Below, piece after piece: positions 46,714 to 55,675 of a DNA stretch of 64,000 nt. The notes under the pieces are model-generated. The model was not told the origin of the DNA. It saw only the letters and a program-made list of their open reading frames with translations, and ran no database searches. Numbering within the stretch: the first letter of the stretch is position 1; every line of letters begins with the position of its first letter. The stretch covers positions 6,495 to 70,494 of the forward strand of contig JADZCC010000065.1 of the NCBI GenBank assembly GCA_020851785.1. The letters are read 5' to 3'. The stretch is from Anaerolineales bacterium. Its GTDB lineage: Bacteria; Chloroflexota; Anaerolineae; Anaerolineales; Villigracilaceae. The translations under genes were made by a program, and so were the position numbers.

Positions 46714-48198
46714 ATGTCGGCTCCTACATGGGTTAAGGACGCGGTCTTCTATCAAATTTTTCCAGATCGTTTCGCAAAAAGCGCCCTCAACTCCGCCAAA
46801 AATTTATCATTCGAGAGTTGGGATTCAGCGCCAACCACGTATGGCTTCAAAGGCGGCGATTTATACGGCATCGTCGAAAAATTGGGGTATCTGCAAGAAC
46901 TGGGGATTAACGCGCTCTACCTTAACCCGATCTTTGCTTCCGCTTCCAATCATCGTTATCACACCTACGACTATTACAACGTAGACCCGCTCCTCGGCGG
47001 CAACGCGGCGTTGAAGAAATTAATCGCCGCGGCGCATCGGCGCAACATCCGCATTGTGCTGGATGGCGTCTTCAACCATGCCTCGCGCGGATTTTGGCAA
47101 TTTCATCACGTCCTCGAAACCGGCGCCGCCTCGCCTTACCGCGATTGGTTTTATTTCGACGAAGAGCGGCTGAACGGCAAAAGGCATTGGGGAGCCTACC
47201 CCACGCACCACGAAGAACATGCCCTCAGACACGAAGACAGCCTGACGGCCATTGGCTATCGCGCCTGGTGGAATTTACCCGCCCTGCCCAAGTTCAACAC
47301 CCACACGCCCGCCGTGCGCGAATTCATCTTTGACGTGGCGGAACATTGGATTAAATTTGGCGTTGACGGCTGGCGGCTGGATGTGCCTGCCGAAATTGAC
47401 GACGACGAATTTTGGCGCGAGTTTCGTGTCCGGGTTCGCAAGGCCAACCCGGAGGCATACCTGGTCGGCGAGATTTGGCACGAAGCCCAACGCTGGCTAA
47501 AAGGCGATCAATTCGACGCGGTGATGAATTACCCCATCACGGCCGCCGCGCTGGGATTTTTTGCGGCAGAACATTTGAACCTGCCCATCGTCCAGCAGGC
47601 AGGCGGGATTAAAGACCGCATCCGCCCACTCCAGGCTGGCGACTTCGCCAACGAAATAGATCGCCTCCTCAGCCTTTACCCGCCAGAAGCAAACTTCGCC
47701 CAACTCAACCTGCTGGACAGCCACGATATGCCGCGCTTCCTCACTTGCGCCAGCGGAAACAAAGCCGCGCTCAAACTGGCCTGGCTTTTCGTCTTCACCT
47801 TCCCCGGCGCGCCGTGCATTTACTACGGCGACGAAATTGGGCTGGATGGCGGCCACGACCCGGACTGTCGCAAATCCTTCCCCTGGCAAAAGAGCAAATG
47901 GGATCAGGACTTGCTCCAATTTGCAAAGGCCTGCATCCAACTCCGCGCAGAACATGCCGCGCTTCGTTCCGGAAGCTATCAGCGCCTGTGGGCCGAAGGC
48001 TCAATTTTGGCGTATTCCCGTTCGTCTAAAAATAAAAACGTGATCGTCGTTTTCAACGTCTCAGAAGCGGAGCAAACCATCCACCTGCCGTGGACGGGTA
48101 AACCGCGCATTTTATTTGGCAGTCCCAAATTCAGCGGAGACCAAACCGTCATTCCGGCGCGAAGCGGGGTCGTCCTCGAAGCGCGTTTGATAAAGTAA
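46714..48198 (+). CDS. GH13 alpha-amylase-family hydrolase (neopullulanase/cyclomaltodextrinase-like)
   Basis: 494 aa. FYQIFPDRF, DGVFNHAS, GWRLDVPAE, EIWH, LLDSHD conserved regions. Confidence 0.85.
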   Translation: MSAPTWVKDAVFYQIFPDRFAKSALNSAKNLSFESWDSAPTTYGFKGGDLYGIVEKLGYLQELGINALYLNPIFASASNHRYHTYDYYNVDPLLGGNAALKKLIAAAHRRNIRIVLDGVFNHASRGFWQFHHVLETGAASPYRDWFYFDEERLNGKRHWGAYPTHHEEHALRHEDSLTAIGYRAWWNLPALPKFNTHTPAVREFIFDVAEHWIKFGVDGWRLDVPAEIDDDEFWREFRVRVRKANPEAYLVGEIWHEAQRWLKGDQFDAVMNYPITAAALGFFAAEHLNLPIVQQAGGIKDRIRPLQAGDFANEIDRLLSLYPPEANFAQLNLLDSHDMPRFLTCASGNKAALKLAWLFVFTFPGAPCIYYGDEIGLDGGHDPDCRKSFPWQKSKWDQDLLQFAKACIQLRAEHAALRSGSYQRLWAEGSILAYSRSSKNKNVIVVFNVSEAEQTIHLPWTGKPRILFGSPKFSGDQTVIPARSGVVLEARLIK

Positions 48199-48321
48199 AC
48201 TACAGATCGTAGCTCGAATTTTACAGGTTGAAAGTTTTTGGCATTTATGACGCATCGCTTTAGCGGATAATGGGCGCATTCTAAAAAGTTTCTCAGAACA
48301 TCTGACAGAAGCGAGGTAAAC

Positions 48322-51300
48322 ATGCCGCAAGACGATCATCCCAATTCAGTTCCGCTGGACGCATCTTTGTATTTCAAGAACATGAGTCAGCAGGAAATTC
48401 TGAATGCAATCTTAAGCAGGTTAAAAAGCGCCAAGCCGTCCACTCAACTGGAAGGGTTGAGGCTCCTGCACGGAATTAGATACAGCAGTGTCGCCATCCG
48501 TCAGCGGGTGGAAGCGCTGGCCGTGGACAGCGACGACTCACAGGTCCAGAAAGAAGCGCTGGAAACTCTGGGGCTGGAAACGCATCAAGCCGTTCAAAGA
48601 AGCGCCAATCTGGCCAAACTCAATCAAGAGGTTCGGAAAATCCTCCTCGGCGAAATCAGCGCCTGGGTCATGGGCGGGGTGATTAATAGCAAAGTTGCCG
48701 ACGTTTTGCGCCGCCGCTACGATTTTGACCTGGTCGCTCCGGCCAAGCCTCAGCCGGCTCCTCAACCTTCAGCAAAGCCCGCGCCGACGGCAGAGTCCGC
48801 CCCTGCACAACCTCCTCAACCCGTGGAAATTTCCACGCCAACAGAAGACGCGCAGGCCGCGCAAATTCTCCAACCTGAACCTATTCAAACTCCCCAGCCG
48901 GCACAAGTTCAAGTTCCTCAACCTAAGCCTGTGCGTAGCGTTCAACCTGCGAAAATTCCAGCACCTGCGCCCAAACCGCGAGAACCCGAAGGCCCGCGCC
49001 CCACGCTCCTGCAAACGCTCACCAGCGAAGCCAGCATCAAAATTTATTTATATCTCGGCGCATTTTTTGTGATTGCCGCCGCCGCAATTTTAGGCGCGGC
49101 AGTTCCCGGAGCGCGCTTGCCGATTTTAATCATCGGCACGTTAATCTTTGGCGGACTGGCCGTAGCCATCAAGAAACGCCTTCCACAGCCCAGTTTTGCT
49201 TTATTCATCGTTTTTTCGTTTCTACTCCCCATCACCGGCAACAGCCTTGAAGAATCTTTGCGTTCCGCGTTGAATTACTCGGCAGATGGAACCACCTTTA
49301 TCTGGACCATCCTGTTTCTCCTCATGGCGCTGTTCTGGAGCGGCGGGGTTTATCTCTATCAGTCGCGCCTGTTTAGCGTCACCGCGTTTGGCGCATTGCT
49401 CCTTTCCGCCTACAGCCTCGCCAAACTGCTCGCCACCGAACCCGAACTGTACACGCTGACGCTTGCGCTGGCGACGCTCCTCGGTTGGGTTGGCGTCCGC
49501 TTCTTAAGAAAATGGCAGGATGCAAAATTCGCGCTTCCGCTTTTCATTTCAACGCAAGCGGTTCAAGCGATCGTCCTGCTCGCTTCAATTTCAATTTTCA
49601 GCGCAAAACTAGTCAATGGGAGCGCATCCAGCCCCACTTGGCATTTGGTCTCTCTTGGCGTTTGGATTCTAGCAAGCCTCTTCTACGCGCTCTCAGCGCA
49701 GACCGAACCGAAGTTTATTTTTGAATGGCTCTCCACTGCGGCGCTCATTCCCCTGCCCTGGTTCATCATCGCCGCATTTAACCTTCAGGCGCTTGGTTCC
49801 AGTTTGGTCTTTTTCCTGTGGGGAGCGATTTTAACCGTAGCCAGCGAAGGCTTTTGGCGTTTCAAATTTGCGACCAAATTCAGCCTGCCGTTCCTCCTGG
49901 CTGGGCTCTTCACTTTGGCCAGCAGTTCAGTGGCCGCCCTCGGTCACAAGGCTTGGCTGGTGTTGCTAGTGACCGCCGGAAGCGGCGCGATCCTCACCGC
50001 GCTTCACGTCCTGCGCACAAGATGGCCCTTGTGGACTTTGGCCCTGCTCAATTTCATCATCGCCTATTTTGCCTTCTTCAACCTGGAGTTCATTCGCGCC
50101 TTGATTCCGGGAAGTTACCAAGTCTTCCTCGTCAGCCTCTTGCTCCTGCTCCCCGACCTATTCCTCAAGAAGGACTGGCGGGATTTGGCCAGTTGGCGCA
50201 TTCCTATGCGAGCCTACGGAATTCTCCTCGCCGCCTGTGCATATCTTTATACAATTACAGTCGCCGTCGCTGGGGAGTACAACGCCTCACTCGACGCGGC
50301 TGTGATCTTTGCCGTGTACGCAGGCTTTACCGGCGTTTACGCGCTGGCTTATCGCACCGCGTGGCTGGGCTATGTTTCCACCGCCACCCTGCCGCTGGCT
50401 TTCATCTTCATCTTCAACCACTTCAACCTGAACGCCTGGCTCCCAACGCTGACCGTCCTTGCCATTTTCTATTTCCTGCTTGGGTTGGCCATCCACGCCC
50501 GCGCAAACTGGTCGCTCATGCTTCGCAACAGCGCCCTGATTTTAGGCGCGCTCGTTTCGCTGACTGCTCTGGTCCTGCTCAAACCACACAGCGGATGGTA
50601 TGTGCTTGTCATCGGCTTACTCTTCGTCGCGGAAATGTATCTGTACAAAAACAGCCTGTTTGAAATGGGCGCGCCGGTTTTCTTCACGATTGGAGCATTT
50701 CTCGTCCTGCGCGATTTCAACGTCACCCGCATCACCATACATCTGCTGATTTATAGCCTCATCTGGCTGTCCGCCGACCTAATCGCACACCTCGCCTACA
50801 AACATCCCCGCCTGTTGAGCGCAGGAATCCGCTTCATTGGCGGCTCGCTCGCCCTGATTAACTACCTCCTCCTACTCGGAGCGCCAAGCGGCTCTGCCGC
50901 CATCAGCTTTGCGATTTACACAGCTTTTACCGGCGTGTACGCGTTGGCTTATCGCCGCGCATGGCTGGGTTACATCCCCGCCGCCACCCTGCCGCTGGCG
51001 TTCATCTTCACATTCAACCATTTCAAGTTGGATGCCTGGCTCCCAACGCTAACAGTCCTTTCCATCCTCTATTTCCTGCTTGGGTTGGCCATCCAGTTCC
51101 GTGCAAGTTGGTCGTTCATGCTTCGCAATAGCGCCCTGATTTTAGGCGCGCTCATTTCGCTGAATTCTTTGATCTTTCTAAAAGAACACGGCGGATGGTA
51201 TGTTCTCGTAATCGGCTTGCTCTTCGTCGCGGAAATGCTTTTACGCAAGAACGGCCTGTTTGAAGCGGGCGCGCCAACCTTCTTCACAATTGGGGCGTTC

Positions 51301-52962
51301 CTTATCCTGAACGATTTCAAAGTGGCGCAAGCCACTATTCACTTGCTGATTTACAGCCTCATCTGGCTGTCCGCCGACTTGATCGCGCATCTCGCCTTCA
51401 AACATCCCCGCCCATTAAGCGCAATCATCCGCGTCATTGGCGGCTCGCTCACCCTGATCAACTACCTCCTCTTACTGGGCGCTTCAAGCGGTTCTGCCGC
51501 CATCAGCTTTGCGATTTACACAGCGTTTACCGGCGTGTACGCGCTGGCTTACCGCCGTGCATGGCTGGGTTACATCCCCGCCGCCACTTTGCCGCTGGCG
51601 TTCATCTTCACGTTCAACTACTTCAAATTGGATGCCTGGCTCCCGGTTCTGACCATCCTTTCCATCTTCTACCTCTTGCTGGGTCTAGCTATTCGCTCCC
51701 GCACAAACTGGTCGCTCATGCTTCGCAACAGCGCCCTAATTTTAGGCGCGCTCATTTCGCTGAGTTCCCTGGCTTTGCTCAAAGAAACCAGCGGATGGTA
51801 TATCTTCGTCATCAGCTTGCTCTTCGTCGCAGAAATGTTCCTCCGCAAAAACGGCTTGTTTGAAGTAGGCGCCCCGACCCTGTTCAGCATTGGCGCATTC
51901 CTCGTCCTGCGCGATTTCAAAGTCACCCAAATCTCCATGCACTTGCTGGCTTATAGCCTCATCTGGCTGTCCGCCGACTTGCTCGCCCATCTCACCTTCA
52001 AACATCCGCGCCCGTTACGCATCCCCCTGCGCGCCCTGGGCGGTTTGCTGGCTTTGATTAATTACTTCTTCCTGTTTGGAGCTTCGAACGGCTTAGCCAC
52101 ATTTGGCTTTGCGGCCTACACGCTCTTCTTCCTGACCTATAGCCTGCTCTACAAAAACCCGACGCTTTTCTACGCCTTCACATTGACCCTGCCCATCTTC
52201 TCCGCGTTCTTATTCCGCCTGATTGGTTTCAACAAATGGATTCATCCGGTGGCGATCATTGCCCTGGCGCATTACGCCGCTGGCTACCTAGTGCAGAAGC
52301 AAACCCGCCTGGCGCAATGGGGCCTGACGCTGATGCGGAGCGGGCTGGGGCTGGGGGTTTTGGTCTCCTGCGCCGCGCCATTCTTCACAGGGGCAGACGT
52401 GGCCATCCCGGTGGCAATAGCGGCCACGCTGTGGGCCGCCGAGGCTTTCACCAAGAAGAACGTCTATTTGGCCTTTCCCGCCAACGGCTTATATTTATGG
52501 TCGTACTTTATCCTGCTCTATAAGTTAAACGTCACTCAGCCGCAGTTCTTCTCCATTGGAGCCGCCTTGTTGGGGCTGTTCCAACACTATCTGTTGACTC
52601 GCGCCGGTAGCAAAGCCGGAGCGTTCATCATGGGCATGCTCTCGCAATTCATCCTGATCGGCACAAGTTACGTTCAAATGGTCCAGCAAAACCAACTGAT
52701 TTACTTCTTTGCCCTCTTCATCCAATCCATCACAGTTCTGGGCTACGGAATCATCGTCCGCTCGCGAAGCCTGACCTTTTTCCCGATTGGCTTTGTCATC
52801 ATCGCCGTGATTACAGTGGTTCTGGGACAATTACAAGGCATTGCCACCATCCTGCTGGTGGGATGCGCGGGCGTCGTTCTACTCACGCTTGGCGTTGTCG
52901 CTGTTTTGCTTCGTGAGCGCATTGCCGCGCTGGGCGAAAAACTCAGCAGTTGGCAGGCATAA
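48322..52962 (+). CDS. giant polytopic membrane protein of unknown function (soluble N-terminal head, P/Q/A-rich linker, roughly 50 TM helices with 8-TM repeat modules)
   Basis: Uninterrupted 1546-codon ORF with RBS GAGGTAAAC before the ATG. It is hydrophobic from about residue 235 to the end. See findings. Confidence 0.8.
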   Translation: MPQDDHPNSVPLDASLYFKNMSQQEILNAILSRLKSAKPSTQLEGLRLLHGIRYSSVAIRQRVEALAVDSDDSQVQKEALETLGLETHQAVQRSANLAKLNQEVRKILLGEISAWVMGGVINSKVADVLRRRYDFDLVAPAKPQPAPQPSAKPAPTAESAPAQPPQPVEISTPTEDAQAAQILQPEPIQTPQPAQVQVPQPKPVRSVQPAKIPAPAPKPREPEGPRPTLLQTLTSEASIKIYLYLGAFFVIAAAAILGAAVPGARLPILIIGTLIFGGLAVAIKKRLPQPSFALFIVFSFLLPITGNSLEESLRSALNYSADGTTFIWTILFLLMALFWSGGVYLYQSRLFSVTAFGALLLSAYSLAKLLATEPELYTLTLALATLLGWVGVRFLRKWQDAKFALPLFISTQAVQAIVLLASISIFSAKLVNGSASSPTWHLVSLGVWILASLFYALSAQTEPKFIFEWLSTAALIPLPWFIIAAFNLQALGSSLVFFLWGAILTVASEGFWRFKFATKFSLPFLLAGLFTLASSSVAALGHKAWLVLLVTAGSGAILTALHVLRTRWPLWTLALLNFIIAYFAFFNLEFIRALIPGSYQVFLVSLLLLLPDLFLKKDWRDLASWRIPMRAYGILLAACAYLYTITVAVAGEYNASLDAAVIFAVYAGFTGVYALAYRTAWLGYVSTATLPLAFIFIFNHFNLNAWLPTLTVLAIFYFLLGLAIHARANWSLMLRNSALILGALVSLTALVLLKPHSGWYVLVIGLLFVAEMYLYKNSLFEMGAPVFFTIGAFLVLRDFNVTRITIHLLIYSLIWLSADLIAHLAYKHPRLLSAGIRFIGGSLALINYLLLLGAPSGSAAISFAIYTAFTGVYALAYRRAWLGYIPAATLPLAFIFTFNHFKLDAWLPTLTVLSILYFLLGLAIQFRASWSFMLRNSALILGALISLNSLIFLKEHGGWYVLVIGLLFVAEMLLRKNGLFEAGAPTFFTIGAFLILNDFKVAQATIHLLIYSLIWLSADLIAHLAFKHPRPLSAIIRVIGGSLTLINYLLLLGASSGSAAISFAIYTAFTGVYALAYRRAWLGYIPAATLPLAFIFTFNYFKLDAWLPVLTILSIFYLLLGLAIRSRTNWSLMLRNSALILGALISLSSLALLKETSGWYIFVISLLFVAEMFLRKNGLFEVGAPTLFSIGAFLVLRDFKVTQISMHLLAYSLIWLSADLLAHLTFKHPRPLRIPLRALGGLLALINYFFLFGASNGLATFGFAAYTLFFLTYSLLYKNPTLFYAFTLTLPIFSAFLFRLIGFNKWIHPVAIIALAHYAAGYLVQKQTRLAQWGLTLMRSGLGLGVLVSCAAPFFTGADVAIPVAIAATLWAAEAFTKKNVYLAFPANGLYLWSYFILLYKLNVTQPQFFSIGAALLGLFQHYLLTRAGSKAGAFIMGMLSQFILIGTSYVQMVQQNQLIYFFALFIQSITVLGYGIIVRSRSLTFFPIGFVIIAVITVVLGQLQGIATILLVGCAGVVLLTLGVVAVLLRERIAALGEKLSSWQA
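50296..52095 (+). repeat. three in-frame tandem copies of a 600-bp (200-aa) unit inside the giant gene
   Basis: Copy starts are at 50296, 50896 and 51496. For example, GCCGCCATCAGCTTTGCGATTTACACAGC occurs at both 50896 and 51496. A degenerate fourth copy starts at 52096. Confidence 0.95.
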
Positions 52963-52980
52963 TTCATCTCACTCCACATC

Positions 52981-53022
52981 CTTCAACTCGCGGTGGCTAA
53001 AACAAGCCACCGCGAGTTGAAG
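52981..53022 (+). terminator. 18-bp perfect stem-loop after the giant gene
   Basis: CTTCAACTCGCGGTGGCT-aaaaca-AGCCACCGCGAGTTGAAG. A T-run (CTTTTTTC) lies 12 nt downstream. Confidence 0.55.
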
Positions 53023-53131
53023 CGTATTTGAGCTTTTTTCTCTCAGAAGCCTTCGCGGCTAAGGGGTTTTCAGATACTTGATTCGTCACTTTCCCTTAAA
53101 CCAACTTGCCGGTTAATAGTATCATTGCGAA

Positions 53132-54370
53132 ATGCTCAATCGCATCTTCCGTCAAACGGACGTTCCTAAAAAATTCCATTCCAACTTCATCCACCTGTAT
53201 TTCGACATCGCCTGGTTTGGGGTGTTGAGCGGGTCCGCGGTTAACTTTCTCAACATCTACGCGGCGCGGCTGGGAGCCAACGCCATCCAAATTGGCTTAA
53301 TTGCGGCGGCTTCAGCGGTGGTGAACTTATTCATCGCCATCCCTTCCGCCCATTGGGTTGAAAAACGTAACATCAACCGCGCCGTATTTTGGTCTTCAGT
53401 CGTTTATCGCTTTGGCTACGCGCTCTGGATTCTCGTCCCCCTCCTCAAAAGCTCAGAAGCGCAAATTTGGTCGCTGATCGCCATCACCTTTTTGATGGCC
53501 ATTCCGCTCACGCCGCTGGGCGTGGGCTTCAACGCCCTCTTCGCCGAATCTGTGCCAGTCAACTATCGCGCCCACGTCGCCGGAATCCGCAACGTCGTCT
53601 TTGCCTTCACCTACATGGCCAGTTCACTCGTCAGCGGCTTCATCCTGGAGCAAACTTCCTTCGTCCTCGGCTATCAAATCATCTTCGGAATCGGCTTCCT
53701 CGGCGCGGCCATGAGCAGTTTGCACCTGCACTTCATCAAGCCGCTCGAAGCGACACAACCCACGCCCGCGCCGCAAACCAAACCCAAAGAATCCCTGCGC
53801 GGCATTCTCGCCCACTTTCGCGTGGATATTTTACAAAGCCCATTTCGCCGCGTCTTGCTCCTGCTCTTTGGCTTTCACTTCGCGCACAACATCACCACGC
53901 CGCTTTATCCGCTCTACAACGTCAACATCCTGCGCTTAAACGACAACAACATTGGCATTGGCACGGCTTTGTATTACTTCAGCATGTTCCTATTTTCCAT
54001 GCAACTGAATCGGGTGGTGCGCCGCTCGAACCATAAAAGCGTCACCGGCTGGGGCGTGATCGGGCTGGCCATTTATCCGCTCATCCTGGCCTTCTCCACT
54101 CACGTTTGGGAGTTTTACGCCATCTCCATCCTCGGCGGCATTGCCTGGGCTTTTGCGGGCGGCGCCTACGCCAACTACATCCTCGAAAAAATTCCGCCCG
54201 ACGACCGCCCTTCACATTTAGCCTGGTACAACATGGCGCTCAACGGCGCAATCCTGCTTAGTTCATTCGTCGGCCCATTAATCGGCGACGCCATGGGACT
54301 CTTCGCGGCGTTAATTCTCTTTGGCGTCTTACGCGCCCTGGCGGGCTTCTCCATCCTCAAATGGGGTTGA
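53132..54370 (+). CDS. MFS transporter
   Basis: 412 aa, about 12 TM in a two-fold 6+6 organisation. Confidence 0.75.
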   Translation: MLNRIFRQTDVPKKFHSNFIHLYFDIAWFGVLSGSAVNFLNIYAARLGANAIQIGLIAAASAVVNLFIAIPSAHWVEKRNINRAVFWSSVVYRFGYALWILVPLLKSSEAQIWSLIAITFLMAIPLTPLGVGFNALFAESVPVNYRAHVAGIRNVVFAFTYMASSLVSGFILEQTSFVLGYQIIFGIGFLGAAMSSLHLHFIKPLEATQPTPAPQTKPKESLRGILAHFRVDILQSPFRRVLLLLFGFHFAHNITTPLYPLYNVNILRLNDNNIGIGTALYYFSMFLFSMQLNRVVRRSNHKSVTGWGVIGLAIYPLILAFSTHVWEFYAISILGGIAWAFAGGAYANYILEKIPPDDRPSHLAWYNMALNGAILLSSFVGPLIGDAMGLFAALILFGVLRALAGFSILKWG

Positions 54371-54391
54371 TATTCATGCTACAATCGCTTT

Positions 54392-54850
54392 ATGACTGAA
54401 GACATTAAAATCGTCGCCAACAACCGCAAAGCCAGTTTTGAATATTTTCTGCTTGAAAAATTTGAAGCCGGGCTGGTTTTACAAGGAACTGAAATTAAAT
54501 CCCTGCGCGCCGGTCAGGCCAGCATTCAGGAAGCCTATGTGGATATTTTAGACGGCAAAGAAGCCTGGCTGATCGAAGCCCACATCGCGCCGTATGAACA
54601 GGCCAACCGCAACAACCACGACCCCAAACGCAAACGCAAACTTTTGCTTCACAAAAAACAAATCCTGGAACTTTGGAACAACGTCCGCATTAAGGGGATG
54701 ACGATCGTGCCGGTTCAAATCTACCTGAAGCAGGGTCGGGCCAAAATAGAAATTGCCCTGGCGAAAGGCAAAAAAGCCTACGACAAGCGCGCCACGATTG
54801 CCAAACGCGACGAAGCCCGTGACAAAGACCGCGCTATGCGAGTGAGGTAA
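54392..54850 (+). CDS. smpB: SsrA-binding protein
   Basis: 152 aa. NRKASFEYFLLEKFEAGLVLQGTEIKSLR and KLLLHKKQI. Confidence 0.97.
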   Translation: MTEDIKIVANNRKASFEYFLLEKFEAGLVLQGTEIKSLRAGQASIQEAYVDILDGKEAWLIEAHIAPYEQANRNNHDPKRKRKLLLHKKQILELWNNVRIKGMTIVPVQIYLKQGRAKIEIALAKGKKAYDKRATIAKRDEARDKDRAMRVR

Positions 54851-54858
54851 ATTCTTTT

Positions 54859-55641
54859 ATGCCTCCTTCCACCATCGGCGGAATCAACCTACTGCCTGAA
54901 GCCGAAAAAAGGGCCTTATATTCGCGTTACATCCCCAAGCCTTTGATTGAAAAATACAACCTGCCCCCGCTTGATTCGGGGCCAGGGCGCGACCTTCTGC
55001 AATTTCGTTTTGCCAACGGCTCCACCGACGTGGAAATGCGGCTCTATCACCAGATGGATTTTCCAGACCCCATCTTATACGCTCATCTGACCGATACCAT
55101 GAATGGGCAGATTCACGTCCTGCTTTACATTTTGAACGACCCGGATTCGCCGCGCTTTGATGTGGACAAAATGCCCGACGGCTCAACCACCAAGTTTGGG
55201 ACGCTCCAAAGAAATGTGGCGGCGGAGAAAATGTCGCTCGCGGCTGGGCTGGCTCCCGGTCAGGTGCGGCGCGGACTGCGCTTGCTCGGCCCGGCCATCC
55301 AAGCGTTTGAAACCTTCGTCACAGAACTGGGCCACGATCTATATTTCGTCGAACCGTTGTATTATCACAACGCCGTCATCTTTGAGCGCTATGGCTTCGC
55401 CTATCAAATGGGGCGGCGTTTGATGGAGCGCATTCATTTGGGCTTTCAACCCGGCGGCGAACTGCTGACCAAATTGGACGGCTCAAACGAATTTCGGCAG
55501 GCGGAAGCGGCGTTGAAAATTCGCAAACGCTCATGGGCGATTCACGACGGTCTGTTGGGCGAGCCGTTTACCAACGTCACCATGTACAAGCGCATTGGTA
55601 AAGACGCGGGGATTAACACCACGCCCGATTGTGAATGGTGA
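54859..55641 (+). CDS. hypothetical protein (possible GNAT-like C-terminal half)
   Basis: 260 aa, starting 8 nt after the smpB stop. VRRGLRLLGPA...YYHNAVIFERYGFAY is weakly reminiscent of the acetyltransferase motif A/B. Confidence 0.6.
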   Translation: MPPSTIGGINLLPEAEKRALYSRYIPKPLIEKYNLPPLDSGPGRDLLQFRFANGSTDVEMRLYHQMDFPDPILYAHLTDTMNGQIHVLLYILNDPDSPRFDVDKMPDGSTTKFGTLQRNVAAEKMSLAAGLAPGQVRRGLRLLGPAIQAFETFVTELGHDLYFVEPLYYHNAVIFERYGFAYQMGRRLMERIHLGFQPGGELLTKLDGSNEFRQAEAALKIRKRSWAIHDGLLGEPFTNVTMYKRIGKDAGINTTPDCEW

Positions 55642-55675
55642 GCGCTTTGGATGCAGACCCCCATGAATACATGAT

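Noticed and set aside
49818-50663. 281-aa plus-strand ORF in an alternative frame of the giant gene. The 215-aa ORF at 53389-54036 inside the MFS gene is the same kind of case.
   Set aside because: These are out-of-frame overlaps with long, well-supported membrane-protein ORFs. Their Arg/Pro/Gln/His-rich translations are characteristic of off-frame reading of hydrophobic genes.
50469-51938. Three similar 88-89-aa minus-strand ORFs (50469-50738, 51069-51335, 51669-51938) that look like a small paralogous protein family (…TLKS.R.RNAP…SATKSK…SAPKIRALLRSM…).
   Set aside because: They lie antisense to the three 600-bp modules of the giant gene at the same relative offset. Their similarity is just the mirror image of the sense-strand repeat. 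They are Arg/Ser/Lys-rich shadow frames without RBS.
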